Positions 37,509 to 51,149 of a DNA stretch of 64,000 bases are shown in pieces. How positions within the stretch are numbered: the stretch's first letter is position 1; every line of letters starts with the position of its first letter. The stretch comes from Marsupella aquatica. Taxonomy: Eukaryota > Plantae > Marchantiophyta. Under the pieces are notes generated by a model. That model was not told the origin of the DNA. It did no database searches and was given only the letters and a program-made list of their open reading frames with translations. Both the position numbers and the translations under genes were made by a program. The stretch spans positions 9,487,839-9,551,838 of the forward strand of contig OZ316893.1 in the NCBI GenBank assembly GCA_973895155.1, read 5' to 3'.

Positions 37509-38421
37509 GCTTCGGGAATGTACTTGGAACGCATAATCTGGTCTATTCTAGAATTGAAGTTAGAATGTCGTCTAACCATCTATAGTTGCATGTTGTACAG
37601 AAAAGGGAGACCTTGGCTGCAGTTTTCATTTCTTCCCTTAAACTTGGCTCAGAAAAAGCAATGGCCTGGCTTGTCAAGTAGTCTTGCTCCAAGAGAATGT
37701 TGGGAATCATCGTTGCGATCTCAAGAGATCGCAACGATTCTTACAAAATTTCAAACATCACCGGTCATCTGACGCTAGTAACAAACGTTCCAAGCCTTCA
37801 AATATTTCGATTGTCAATATCATCTTGGCAGCCTCGCTCAGTCCATACCCCGACAAATGCGTCAACGGACATTTCCTTCTTCCGTTATTGTCAAACACAG
37901 TCGACAACCTCAGCCTGTACTAGTAAATAAATAAATAAAGGCTGGACCGTTCAGACAGACAGTACACAAAACGCATCCTGAGCAAGTCCTCGTATTTTGC
38001 TAAAGGTCCGAGCCTCGGCCAATGTCCATTTCATTCGTTCTATATAACACTTCAGTCGGTCTCCTCCAACTCTCCACCACAGGAGACGCCTAAACAACGC
38101 ACGAAATACAACCTGGGCCAGTCCTCGTCTTGCAGAAGTGGAGGCATAATCAAATTTCGATAGGTTTATTGGCAGTCGACGATCCACTTAGATGTCAAGT
38201 TCTCCGTTAAATTGCCATTGATTTGAAACTTTTGTTGTGACAATATGAACAAAATCCTTCGAGAGGCCCTACTACTTGAAAAGTCCGTCGACTCTTTCAA
38301 GGCATCAGGGTGGCCAAAACTCATGTAAAAGCTAACTCATTATCCTCACTAATATCACATACTCGAACGATCTACAAAGTAAAGCGCGCCTATAAGACTA
38401 TCCGAAGTTCCCAACTTGTCC

Positions 38422-40794
38422 TTATACAGTGTATCTGTTCTTGGCATTCTTATCTAGTCTCTTAGCATCATCCTGCAATAGCCAACAAATTCACGAAGTT
38501 AGTATCACAATTCCTTCGCTAAAGCATTGCAGACAGCATACAGTGATGCACTCAAATTCTAAGATAGGAACTCAGCGTGTTGCACTGTCTGTCCCTTCTT
38601 TTATTGGCACGGAAATCACACAGTACGACAACACAATTACTGTAATAAGCTCCATTGTTTCTGTTACCACTCCGTATACTTTAACGTCATCAAGACTTCT
38701 TAGGTGTACTTGATTGTGTGCAATCTATCCAATCGTGATCGTACGACCCTTCGAAAATGTCTTCATTCCTCCTTCAAACTCGTTAAACAGGAGTAAACGA
38801 GAGCACTAAAAGCTCGACATTAGAAGTTCAGAACGAGAGTCAACTTACATGAACAAGGTAGCCGATTTTATCATTGATGTCAAGCACCTGTTTCCACTGT
38901 TTCCCAATGGTAACCTGCAATACACGAACACGAGTATTAGATTCATGCTCACTTCTTGTTTGTAGCAATTCCCCTAGACAAAGTAAAACGGGACTTTCTC
39001 GACTATCGATACGAGTGAGGAAGTGCTGACGCTGGCTCGTACAAACGCCGTCTCATTGACATATTCAAAAAATCTATGCAAACAATCAAGCCCGGGGAAG
39101 AGTGACGCAAAAAGGGCAGCACCGTGATGGAAGCAACAGAGGCAATTAAATCACACTCAAATCATGAACACGGCTATGTTATCAAGCTGGTAGTGTTCGA
39201 GTGTTCTATCCTCCTGACCCGAGTAGGACGACAAGTCCCTAGAAAGATCAAGTGTCTTACATCTAAACTCTAATTGGGCTATCTGTGTGTAAAGAAGAGA
39301 AGTCTCGATCATTGACTCTAGCGTGTCCTTCTACTGTTTCTACATGCAAGTTAGCATTTAAAACAATAGAAACAAGTGCTCGACATCCGGCAATTCCAAA
39401 GAGGAAGATCTTCGATTCCGTCGTGATTAATGATCTACAAAAAGCTTGGACCATGAGAACATCAGACCATGGATCCTATCATGATTACTCGTGGGACCCG
39501 AAGACAAGAACCCAATCTATATAGACATTATGCTCAAATGTGTACCTGAGCTGCTTCATTTGATGCTGTTTTGGTCCACAAGGCTAACTTGTCCTGACGG
39601 GCTCGGACGCTTACAACGGCACCACAGATGTCATCGTACTCGTCGAACTGCTCTCCGATCATGGCCAACAGCTGCCGCAAAGAAAGAAGAGGGTCAATAC
39701 GCCTACTCAACAGCCAAACGTTCCCAACAGATATGCCTTCCGAATCACAGGGAAAAATTCGAGTTCACTTACAGTATGAAGCCAATACGTATCAAGGACT
39801 TGCTTGTTGCTTCCCTTCAAAGCACTAACACTCCACTTTCCTCCTTGTGCACACTTAGGGTCCTCCCACTTCGGTTCAATTCCTTCCTTGAAACAATGGA
39901 AGTCGGCTCCAGCGATCAGTTGGCTTGGCTGGAGGACATTGTTGAACAAGCTATACGGCAACAGCAAAGTTAAAATACAATAAGTATGTTACAAGATGGG
40001 GAATTCTGTCAAGGCCGAGCCCTCACAGCCCAGCATCCTTAACTCCTCATACCCACGTCTCACGAAAGCAGCGGGACTCAGGAAGTGATGACAACGAGAA
40101 AGAAATCGAAGAGGTAAGAAATCCTGTCAATCTTCGACGGACTTTTCCGACTACAAACTAAACAACCAGCAGAAATCCATACTCTGATGCAGGACAGAAA
40201 TATTCCATCCCAGATAGATAAGGAAGAGGTTACGGATGGGGTAGGAGATAACGAAGATGGAAAAGTGAGGACGACGAAAGCACCAGAGAAGATACGTTAA
40301 ATGAGTTAAAACAACGTGAACGAGGGAACATCGAATCACACAAGCCCTCAACAGTATAATTGGAAAGCGAACCATCTTCAAAGTTCTCACATCGCAAGTG
40401 ACACAATGCCCTAATGCTGACCGAAACCGTTCTACACGAGATAGACAAGGGCTTACGGACCGAAGCACCACGCAAGAAAAAGAAGAAGAAAGGAATAATT
40501 TTACACGTACCACCAGAAATCCTCGACAGTCTTGAATGTATAAACGGGCCGCAAAGAGCTACCCCACGTCGCCTGTTTAGACTTCCCATTGGGATTGTCG
40601 AACCAAAACGTCCAGCCATGCTCTAGGGCGTGCTTCGCTTCAATAGCCTTCTCAGGAGCAGGAGTGGAAGCAGCGGCAGTCTCCGCGCTGCTCACGATCT
40701 CCCCGTCTTCCACCTCCTTGCTGCTATCCACCACCTCCGCTTTAGCTGCCACTGGTACTGATTCGGGCGGTGATTTCTCCGCCATATCGGTCAT
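38422..40794 (-). CDS. eIF4E: Eukaryotic translation initiation factor 4E family cap-binding protein, 5 exons
   Basis: [32 protein letters not shown]; [26 protein letters not shown]; [34 protein letters not shown]; IGKQWKQVL; [16 protein letters not shown] (TAA 38422-38424). eIF4E versus eIF(iso)4E not resolved. Confidence 0.95.
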
Positions 40795-42959
40795 ACTTCC
40801 GGAAGAACTCGTCACCAATTCACACTCAAAATCTCCCCCGCCTGTACTCGCTGAGTACAAGATCTCCAAACCCACCAAGATATCTGAAAACCAAACCTGG
40901 TCGATCGATCCTTGAATCCTTCTTTCCCTGTCGACACGATACACAATTGAATTGTTCGGAACACAATGCGAGACGAAGCGAAGGAAAGCACGAGAGTAAT
41001 GAAGACCTGAATGAGCAGAGGTTGATGAGAATTGAGGCCTATAAGGAGGGTTTTGCCCTAAACTGAGGTTGCTCGTGTTTGGGACTCCGGTCAGAAGTTC
41101 ACTCGAGTCGAATGACGTAAAGAGTTAGCACAGAACAGTGTCGTCGCTCGGGTTTAGGTTGGAGGTGGCAATCTCTGGTTGGCCGTGCTTTACCATGGTT
41201 ACCAGAGGCTCCTCGCTATAGTATTCCACTGTTCCCACACTTCCCTTGTTGATGTGCAGCTTAATTAATGTCCTTCCCGTCGTTTTTTCTCGTTTGAATT
41301 TTCAGTGAATTCTTCTACTTTAGAATAATGCTCACTCAAGATTTGGACCAGTTCATTATGATGCAAAGTATACTCTAATTTTACTAAAGTTACTAAAAAT
41401 AAAAGTCTCGTAGTCCTTCTGGTGTAGTATGGCCCTCTTACCTAGACATTATAGGCAACAATAGCCCCTCAAAACTCCTTTTCTTGGCATTATATCCCAC
41501 AATACTGTAAACATTTTTTACTATATACTAAGTTAATGAGTGACCATGAGTTTAGGATTTCTTGGTGTTGTGTGCCAGGTTGGATTCCCACCTCACTCAT
41601 TAGTCAAGTGGGGGACCAAGAGTTGCAGCACACGAACTGAGGCATATCCAAGTACTGCCCATTTGCAATGACAAGAGGGCCATCCAAGTTGCTCTGATGG
41701 TAGTTTCACGACAGTCCAAAGAAATGGCGGACAAGCTTCCCGAACGCACACCAAAGTAAGATCCTACAACTTTCCATACTTTTAATGTTATTTATAAGTA
41801 AATAAATATTTTGTTATGTGGACCCCAAGCGAAAATCTTTTAAGTATTGAAGAGTACTATGAGGGCATTTCTGGGCAATCATAGTCCCTCTAAACTTGAG
41901 CTACAGCCCTCGTTTTTAGGGCATTATAACCCACAATACGGTCTACTGTGGATAAGTGCAACATCTATAACTGCATTCCATGGGTAATTGCAGGGTGGTC
42001 ATGTAGTCCCTCAATAATACAGCAAATTTTTTTGTAAATGCACCAAAAAATGCATCTTCTGTAAATGCAAGTTGCTCATCACTAAACTACAATTACCTAA
42101 GGGCATTTTCAGTCTATAAGAGTACAGATGCATTACTTAATGACTACAATACATACGTAAAAAGCATTTATTGTTGAGTGCAAGAGACAATTACACATTG
42201 TAGTTTCATGCACTTTTCCAGTTGAATCGTTCACTACAAGTATTCTGGGTATGACCTTACAAGACATTTGTGGAAGTGCAGAAGTGATTTCATACACTTA
42301 TTGGAAATTATTGGAAAGTGTAACAGACACATATGGACAAGTGTAATATGCACTTATGCTGAAGTGCATAACATGGATAACTGCCGGTTTGGTGTCTTCC
42401 CAGGAGCTTGCACTTAGAGCCTGCACTTAGACACGGAGACTTTACACTGGAAACATGGCGCAAACGAATCGTTGGAGAGACGAACATCGAGTCATACAGC
42501 AATATCCAACTGAGACCACAGTCCTGTTCGAATTTTGCAATCTTAGTCGGGTAGCGTAACGTAACCGCAACACCTCCTGACTCCTGCAGAGCTGCTTCTC
42601 CCATTATGTTGTCCGTTATTTTGAAGTTTCAACTTGCAACGTTCGATGTTGGACTTCGAGTTGTCAAATTCAATTTTGACTCGTGAATGTGTTAGCTATT
42701 CACCCCAGATTCCGTTTCTGATCATTTTTAATTAGGGGTTGTGAGAGGTTCAAATTCAAAGCACGGTCCACAATGACGGCAAAAATTGTTCGTAGGTTGG
42801 ACAGGGGCACTGAATGCATGTGAGAACCTCCATAAAAGCCCCTACAGCAGGTTGTGGAGTCCAGCGTGACATTCTGAGGAAAATTGTTCGTCTTATAAAC
42901 TGGTTATCGACAGCAGAACTTTGGTTCAATCGAGATGTATCATCGCAGGGAAAGGAAAT

Positions 42960-44474
42960 CTACACAAGAGCTGCTAACGACGGTCGGAGGGTCCACCATG
43001 ACAATGGAAATTGTTCATGTAAGTAGGTGTTCAATTGAGGTAACCTAACGCAAGAATCTTTGGAGGAATCAAAGTGCAGCACCTTCCATCCTTGCATCTC
43101 CCATTCACAGTGTATGTCTCCATCAATGACCTGGTGCATCACAAACAGTGAAGTTCCTTGTCCAATGCAGCTGTATTGGTTGTCGTAGGCGCTTGTCGCC
43201 TTTTCTGACATTTTAGCATCCTGAAGTAATTTGGGTATCCTTCTCTTCTTCAGCGAAATGTCACCAGCGTCAGTATCCTCCTGGACCTCAAACATTCTGC
43301 TTTCCCAATCAGAGGAAGCAACTTCTACTCCTACATTGGCATAGAATGCTCGAAGCCCACCTCCCCTGATGTGCCTCACCATCACCCGCATCCCATCCCA
43401 TAATTTCACGGCCAAAACCTTTCCGTTGAGTTCTACCAAATCTCGAACATTGTGGTCCTCCAATGCCACATCGCACCACTCTCGTGTCGCCACATCAAAC
43501 CTCACAACCTCTCTCACTGGGATATCATCTTCATTCCTCTCCACTATAGACCAGTAGAGTTTTCCTTTGGATGTTACACTTCTTCTCGGGCATTCGTTGC
43601 ACCACACACCAAAATCCAGCTGGAGAGGTGGCAGGGGCAATGCAGGAGCTGGATTCCATGACCTGAAACGAGAGTCATACACAAATGTTGTCCGTGACTG
43701 TCTCTCCTGGTGCGTGTGAGACAGGTTCAAAACTCTCCTCCTGGAGGTAACCATCTTGGGAATCAATCCAGCTAGAACAAGTTTATAATTCACATCATCC
43801 TCGTCATCCACAACGAGACCGACCAGGATATAATTCCCTGGACATCCTGCCACCTGCATTCTAGGGATGTGAGGCAGAACCGAAGTGGGTGGCCGAAGGA
43901 CTCTCCACTGCTTGGACAAAGGGTTACACACCACAAAAGTTGTCCACGTTGTATCGCAAAAACACAGGAGCCCTTTATCTGCAGCAACAAGTGAGTAAGA
44001 ACCAAGTACGCCTTCGTCATGTAAGAAGGACATGTCATGCCTGTCCCACTCATTCCTGCAAGCATTGTAGACGGTGAGGGGCTGACGAGAAAAATCTCCC
44101 TCCTGAGGGAAATAGACAACCACCGTCTTCTTAGGCAAAGTAGCTGACGGAAGCAGCGTTGACATGATGTGGTCGTTCCATGTCTTGCACACTGTGCGAG
44201 ATGCTATCACACAAGGGAGGGGAAGCCTGTCAAGAATCCTCTCCGTGAGCTCTTGAGGCAAATATTTCCAGACTCCAGAGTCCAACTGATCCACGGCTAA
44301 TGTTTTTGACGACGATGATGATGATCTACTCCTTCTGAAAGCCTTTGCATGTCTTCTCCTTCCCTTGTTTTTTGGCGTTTGTCTCTTTCGCATCAAGGTT
44401 CTCCAAACGAGCGGATGTAGCACCACTTGCCGCATTCGTAATGTCCCATTGCATCGTTTCCGCTGCTTCAGCAC
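42960..44474 (-). CDS. F-box protein with kelch-like/F-box-associated C-terminal domain; start codon uncertain
   Basis: VWKYLPQELTERILDRLPL..VIASRTVCKTWN (F-box); GLLCF..FVVCNPLSKQWRVL; TFVYDSRFRSW; GKLYW; uninterrupted 504-aa ORF. Confidence 0.88.
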   Translation of the reverse strand: MLKQRKRCNGTLRMRQVVLHPLVWRTLMRKRQTPKNKGRRRHAKAFRRSRSSSSSSKTLAVDQLDSGVWKYLPQELTERILDRLPLPCVIASRTVCKTWNDHIMSTLLPSATLPKKTVVVYFPQEGDFSRQPLTVYNACRNEWDRHDMSFLHDEGVLGSYSLVAADKGLLCFCDTTWTTFVVCNPLSKQWRVLRPPTSVLPHIPRMQVAGCPGNYILVGLVVDDEDDVNYKLVLAGLIPKMVTSRRRVLNLSHTHQERQSRTTFVYDSRFRSWNPAPALPLPPLQLDFGVWCNECPRRSVTSKGKLYWSIVERNEDDIPVREVVRFDVATREWCDVALEDHNVRDLVELNGKVLAVKLWDGMRVMVRHIRGGGLRAFYANVGVEVASSDWESRMFEVQEDTDAGDISLKKRRIPKLLQDAKMSEKATSAYDNQYSCIGQGTSLFVMHQVIDGDIHCEWEMQGWKVLHFDSSKDSCVRLPQLNTYLHEQFPLSWWTLRPSLAALV

Positions 44475-45703
44475 GCCATCAGATCTGACAAAATTGCCCC
44501 AGAGTGGACTCAGTACCTCATGATGATGATGATCTACTCATATGTTTCCTACAGCTCTCACTGTCTGAAACATACTGAACGGAAACGCAGGAGAGAAATG
44601 AGGAACAAGGTATTGATCAATCTTTTTAGGAGGAGGTGGAGTGAGAGCCAAGACCGAGAGAAACGACTTCCGAAGGATTGTGTTTTCATCCATCCCATCC
44701 CCTGTTTAGAATTGAGCAGAGTAATGTAGCCTGCGCGTTGTCCACGTTCCCGAAAATGAAGCAATGATACGAAACACTATCAAAGGACCCATACACTTTT
44801 CGACATTGCAAGAAAGGACACATCAATATATTATTACCGAAGTAAGAAGAGAATCCAGACAATCTGGACACCCGTTCGTCCAAAAAGACAGGCGCGCTAA
44901 ACTAAGAGAAGATAGGGACTGAAGTGTGGGGAAAAGAAGCAAACCAACCTCATGTTGTTGTACTTGAGCTTCATTCTGCCCTCTCAGCTCGTCTGATGAA
45001 GCAACGATTTTTCATATGAATCGGACGAACTCAAACTCTCGTCGAATCTGTCGAAGAGGATCGTAGGGATTTGGAACCCATGACTCTTCTTCTCGCTCCT
45101 GATGATCACGATCACCATCAGGTTTTCGTTCAGGAGTTTTCACTCTCTCAAAATCCCAAATCCCTTGCAACTTCGCATCGCATTCCGAAGCCCCATCCTG
45201 TACCCTCAACTCCATCATGAATAGCTCATCTCTGGCTCCTCCTCTTCTCGAGCCCAATCCAACAAACCCAAAAGAGGCCATTTGTCAATAACACTAGCAC
45301 AGAGGTAAGTTTCAAGCTCGCCAAGTGTTCGAACCTCACATCACAAATTTTCATAATTTCAATAAGGCCTTCTGTCCCACCACTTTCCCTCCCTTGGCTT
45401 CCCTGCTTGCAAGTCATCGAGCTCGATGATGCAAGTTCCATGTCAGGGATTGTTGACTTGAGTTGCCACCATTGCCCAGTTTTTGGAGACAAATTATGCG
45501 CTGAAGCCTCCCTGACAAATGAGACCTTTACCTCGAGTTTTGAGAGTCTATTATTGCCGTTCATCATGCCCTCCTACGAGGGCACTAATACACTATTAAA
45601 ATTTTTTTATAGGGGAAATCTTTGAAACCCTACACAAAGGGAACATTTGAACTCTAGACTTATGAGTCTCAAGTGAAGTGCACTACAATACAGCCATGCC
45701 TCT

Positions 45704-45840
45704 CTGGCCTGAATTAATAAACTGAAAGGCCTAAGAATTTTTTTAGCTTGCTATTTAGGAGGGATACATGACCTGGCCGGAATTAATAAACTAAAAGGCC
45801 TAAAATTTTTTTTGCTTGCTATTTAGGAGGGATACATGAC
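45704..45840. repeat. ~68-bp tandem duplication
   Basis: CTGGCC(T/G)GAATTAATAAACT(G/A)AAAGGCCTAA...GCTTGCTATTTAGGAGGGATACATGAC at 45704-45772 and 45773-45840. Confidence 0.85.
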
Positions 45841-47306
45841 CAGTTTAATTATACACCATCCAATTTAGACTGTAGTTTATTCTCCGTAAAGCACCATAAA
45901 TTCCCAAGAGAATAATCATGAAGGGCATCAGGTGTAGAGTAAAGCACTATCTTGAGTGCTGTAAGTGTTATAAACACTTGAGGCCCTAAACCCTAAACCA
46001 CCCTTCCTCCAAGTACAAGGAAGAGTGGCAGCAGCAGTATTTTAGTGACAGGAAACATAGGGTGGACAAACGCAACACACTTTCTAGGCTGTACTTTGGC
46101 TTAATTGAGCGAGATAAAGCACAACATTATACAAAGAGAAAGCACACCGTCTGCTCCCGGTCTGGCCAATGGCACCCCACGGCTCCATCCAAGATGATAG
46201 GTCTAGATCAGGACCATTGAATTTAAAGACCAGTTTGGGCCTCAGCAATCCCAAGTGAATTGTTTGACCACACGTGCAGATGGACCACAAAAACGTGCAT
46301 GAACCATTCAAAACAATAGCTTGTCCTTTGGATAACACACTTTCTTTGTTTCAATGCTCACTTTTCTTTGCAGCGAAAAGTGTTTTTTTTCCATCATGAA
46401 GTCAATCTTGGTGGTCCATTGAAGCATGACCCTCTCCCTTTGGTATCTCTCTCTTGAAGAACAGGGATTGCACCCCCCAAAACCGCATCCATATCAACCA
46501 AGGGGGCAAAACCCACCCAAGCAAAGGAGCAGAACAACGACGTTCAAGGTGTCATGGGCAGCTTGGGGGGAAGGCACAGCAAACCAATGCTCACCACCAA
46601 CCCCCACCCGCCAGAATAAAGCACATGGTAGGCCAACTTTTAGTTGTGCAGAACCACAGTTCTTTCATATTCTCTCATCACTATGTCTACAAACAGTTTA
46701 CTCTAGTTAGAGTAGTCGCTCACGGGGACTGAATTAGTCGCTTTGAAAATGTGGCCAACATCTCCCCTTGGCAAGCCTTCCTAGCATTGTGCCCTTTTGA
46801 TGAAATAATTCTGTAGGAGTATAATTATTAAGAGATGGGATCAACTTGCGAGTCACCTGAGGTTCAACTTTGAAATTCTAACCAGACGTGGACAACAGTT
46901 GAACTTGTGACAAAGTTCTAAGCTGGGACATTTTCCATGGCATTCACAAATGGACTTCAGGACAACCCTTGGAGGGTTTCAAGGCGCCACCTAAGGAAGG
47001 TTGCCAGCATAACTGCAAATAGGTCCAGTGATTATCTAGGAAGATTCAGACATAGAAATCTCGGTTTCAAGTTTCTTAATGATCTGAAAAATGTCCCTTG
47101 CAGGTAACCACTTGCCTTCGTAGTCTAGCGGCCCTTGGTTGAGCTTTCCTCCCCACCAACCTCCAAAATTGACCAAAATTTCTAATGGCATTGAAAGTGT
47201 TGAGCATACCTTATCTACCGCACGTTTATGCCACAACAGTTACGAATTGGTGGATTCAAGACTATGAGAGAATCCAATAAATGCATTCAGATGTGTTCCC
47301 CCAAGC

Positions 47307-50300
47307 TTAGGAGCTCATGAGTGAAGATTGTCTTAAGGTGCTGCTAACATCTATCATTAGTTTTCGCCCTCTCAAACCATTGAAAAAATCTCTTCCACTC
47401 ATCACTTTCTTGGCAGGAGGTTGAAGTTGCAATATCTCCAATGTAGAGTCCTTGCCACATGGAACCACTAGGGAACCGTTCACTAGAATTACCTCAAGCC
47501 CACCGTTGTAAGGAGAGGAACCTATCCTTGTCGTAACAACTTTGAGTTCTACAGTCTGCACCTCCCCATCTGGGCTGCAAAGTCGAAAAGTAGCCCTGGT
47601 TCCTGGCCATTCTGCGAATGCCCGCACCTGGAGATGTGCACAATGCAATACAGTTGTGAGCGACATGAGAAAGCTTTGTGAGAGTGCACTAAAAGTTGAC
47701 AGTTTGCACGCACTCTGCAACACACCTTGTTGTGAAGCACCTCCGCAGACTCATCAAAGTTTAACCAAGACTCTTCAACTGTTACCTGGAACATCAGCAA
47801 ATAGATCAACCATGTCAGCTGACAAACAAACCAAGCATGAGTTTCCGCTGCTCAGGACGTGCAAGCTCAGCAGCGTGAACCAATTCTAAGAAATTCTGCT
47901 CAATTAATCTGGTAAATCACATATCCTGAAGTCCTGTTTGATCTGGCATAAACACAGCCCCGTCTACTCACCAATTGATGAGAACGGAATATATAGAAGC
48001 AATGGTGGAAGTTGTATGAAATTTTAACAGTAGGTGTCGAAATGTTGTGTTCATCCAAGGTGAAGGGAATTGTCGGGGAGAGTTCTTGGGTTGTCAACCT
48101 ACAGTGGATATGCAAGCCTCTGAAGCAAATAGTATTACCTTTCTATATAGAAACCTCTTGCCATCAGAATTCAACCTACCTTGGAAGCTAGAGTTGCTTT
48201 GGAACCATCCTGTTCGACAGCCTTTGATCTTGCTGTTCCATCCAGTAAGGCTGGAAGCTCTCCAAGCAGCAATGTCGATCCTGAAAATATGAAGCAGCGT
48301 CCTCTCATTCACACAGGGCTTATTCTTCTGTTACTAGACGTCCACAAACTGTCTGAGAACCAAAAGAAGAGGTGAATTGAGCACTGGGCAACGGACCTTG
48401 CTGGAAAAGTATCTTTAAGAGCTCTGGTGCCTGCATATCAAGTTTGATTTCATTTCTCTAGACTTGTAATGAGATACGATAGTGAGCAAAATCCAACTGC
48501 TTGAGAGACACCTCATCAGGAAGACTTACTTCAAACCCGCAATATCTGCAGCATCATGAGAACACGTAACCTCAAAGACCACGAACTGCACCAATCTTAC
48601 TAAAAAATACACATGATCCAATCAATCTGTTTTACTCGCCCTTCTTGACGCATATTCTAGTCAAACAACCTTTTCTCCTCAAAATTTGGTTTCAGTTAAA
48701 GCCTATCCAAATAAAAATTCAAGTGACTGACATTGAAGCTACCTTTACATCAGGATCCACTTTCGTAGTCTTTGATGCAATGATTGGTCCTGCATCCAAT
48801 GCTCGAACAGTGTAAGCAACTGTAACACCTGACACTTTCACCCCGTCCTTCATACCCCACATAACCACAAACCACTTTAGAATCTTCACAAGTTACAATC
48901 TTTTCTACTCACACAGACGCAGTTCAATTCTAATTGTAAAACTGCCACAAAATCATCACCATTTCACACTCTAGGAATTTTTTTTCACCACATTAATATA
49001 AAAACGAACAGAATGAACTTTTGAACGCTATAACGCTAAACACTATATTCACATAATTTTGCTCTAGAATTGGCGAAATGAATTGTAGGGCCTCGGAAGC
49101 ATTAGATACATTTTCTTTCGATTGGAAAACATCATGTACCTGTAGCGCTCGCTGAACTGGGGCTGCACCTCGGTAAAGGGGCAGCAGACTAGGATGGACA
49201 TTCACAGTACCTGAAAAGCAATCAAGTCATCAGCTTCAGAGAGCTTGCCACACAGTTATGAGAGGAGGTCACATCTGCACGGGAAGTAATTGAAGGCATC
49301 CGTTGTCCTTAAGACAGAGTCGTCCCACACACCTTTGCTATAAAACATCATTGCCACATTCTTCTTACATTCAAGATCAGAAAAAAAAGTAAAACATTTA
49401 AGAATTTCATGAAGGAAGAAAAATGGCTGGTTCGAAGGCTTAGCAATAAAAATACCATAAGTTGGTAAAGAAAGAAATTTGTTGGGAAGAATATTCCCAT
49501 AGGCAGCAGTGACACACAAGTCAGGCTTCAGTTTTTTCAACTCCGCCAAAAAGCTATCCTGTATACATCAAACAAAACTAAAGCTTTACTTTTACAATTT
49601 CTGCATTTTCCTTGAAAAATTACATCAGTAAAATGTCCCGTTCATTTGGGCTCCTATGGCCTGCTCGTTTGCCGAAGCACATGCATTTCGCAGGCTGTGG
49701 CTATCAGTCATTGAAAATAAACAGAGACGGGCTTGCCGACTATTATAACTCCACTATTTATTGACTGGCTCGAGTGCAATTCTTCTCTGCACCCACTTGC
49801 TAAATTCTGGGTATATGCCCCGTCTATTTACCATCAGCCAGAAGCAATGATACAGAATATCCTGACTGATGGTAAATAGACAGTAATTTAGGAATATTAG
49901 ACGGAAATGAAATAAAGACCTGATAGAATGGGAGAGATTCTGAAAACAAGAGCAAACACATGATCATTTAAATCCAAGGTGGGGAACTAAACTAGACGAT
50001 TGTGATCGGTGACTGAACGAGCCTTAAAGAAAAAGTACCATGAAACATTCTGTCATACCTCTCCTGCTTTTTGTGGTGAGAAGATATGAGATGCAGGGAA
50101 ATTTCTTTCGAGTGCACGTTGTTCTACTGGTGAGGGCTCCTTTTTCCTTCCTCTCCCTCTTGTAGAAGCTGGCTGAGTGACTACGCCTGTGACCTGCAGA
50201 CAAAATAATTGTCAGTGGGTCCACGTATTTCGTTAACCAGCAACGCAATTTCATTGCCCAAAAACCTGAGACCTAGGTATACTATTTGAGTCCTGGGATG

Positions 50301-51149
50301 GTGGTGCACAGCCTCTTGCTCAATATGGAGAACAGAGTGCTCAGTTAATGGATTGGTTGACACAAGATCGTACCTCGTGAGATGAACTGCAACTGTTGGG
50401 AGTCTACTTCCAGAGGAACAACAAAATAGTTTCTTCTTGACTGTGAAATTCAAGATGGTCTAGATTGTGATTTAAGACAGAAACAGAGATAAAATTTGAG
50501 TAGCTCTTATGCTGAGGCATGTTTCGTCAGGCAACCTACGCCTAACAAGGACCAGCCTGCTGTCACTACAGCGTGATGCGCGATGCAGGAACTTCGGGTA
50601 CTCGTGTTGACACCACATAATTCAACTACTAAGAAGAATCACCTCAAATAGACTCCTGCCTTCAGCTGCATCAAGTAGAGCATCAAGTACATCTGCAGCA
50701 ACCTGCGGGGAGAAACTTCTCAATGAGCCGAAGGTCCAATTGAGCAGAAAAGCACAGCATATATTTTGCCTACTTGTAAATTCTGACTACTTTGATAAAA
50801 GAGAGACTTTCCCTTATGCTTGGAATGGAGTGCTTAATGAATATAGGCAAAGAACGTGAATGAAGTCTTGGGACCAATCAACACTTCGTCGCCTGCGGAG
50901 CAATCTTAAAAACGTCAGCAATAAGAAACACATACGGATACGTATTTTTTGTATCAATGTGCAGGAAGGTTTGCTGCTTACACTTGGGGTTCCGAGAAAT
51001 ATTACGGACTTCTTTTGTGAAAATTCTATGCTCATGCAACGGACAGTTCCTGCAGTCGCTTGTGGCCTTGGCCGTGGCACCCGATTGCACACTCCCATAC
51101 TCAAGGGTAGCTTCGCTCCCCTTGATATCAGCATCCTCAGAGTTGCCAT
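47307..51149 (-). CDS. FMT: Methionyl-tRNA formyltransferase (organellar), multi-exon
   Basis: KSVIFLGTP; LKPDLCVTAAYGNILP; NVHPSLLPLYRGAAPVQRALQ; GVTVAYTVRALDAGPII; LHNKVRAFAEWPGT; LEILQLQPPAKKVMSGRDFFNG. ATG at 51149 with transit-peptide-like sequence. Confidence 0.93.
49820..49883 (-). other. Intronic hairpin (~22-bp stem, ~20-nt loop) in the FMT gene
   Basis: GTCTATTTACCATCAGCCAG (49822-49841) versus CTGACTGATGGTAAATAGAC (49862-49881). The single mismatch is a G:U pair on the transcribed strand. Confidence 0.7.

Noticed and set aside
37361-37772. Small ORFs between RPS9 and eIF4E
   Set aside because: No domain; the repeated peptide simply reflects a 33-bp duplication.
45012-45625. Short ORFs upstream of the F-box gene
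   Set aside because: No recognisable motif or consistent splice pattern; possibly a gene or TE relic but unsupported.
34853-51149. Functional cluster of translation genes (RPS9, eIF4E, FMT) with telo-boxes AAACCCTAA at 35250 and 51536
   Set aside because: The products act in different compartments, the motif is short and also occurs in TE and intergenic sequence here, and chance adjacency is sufficient.
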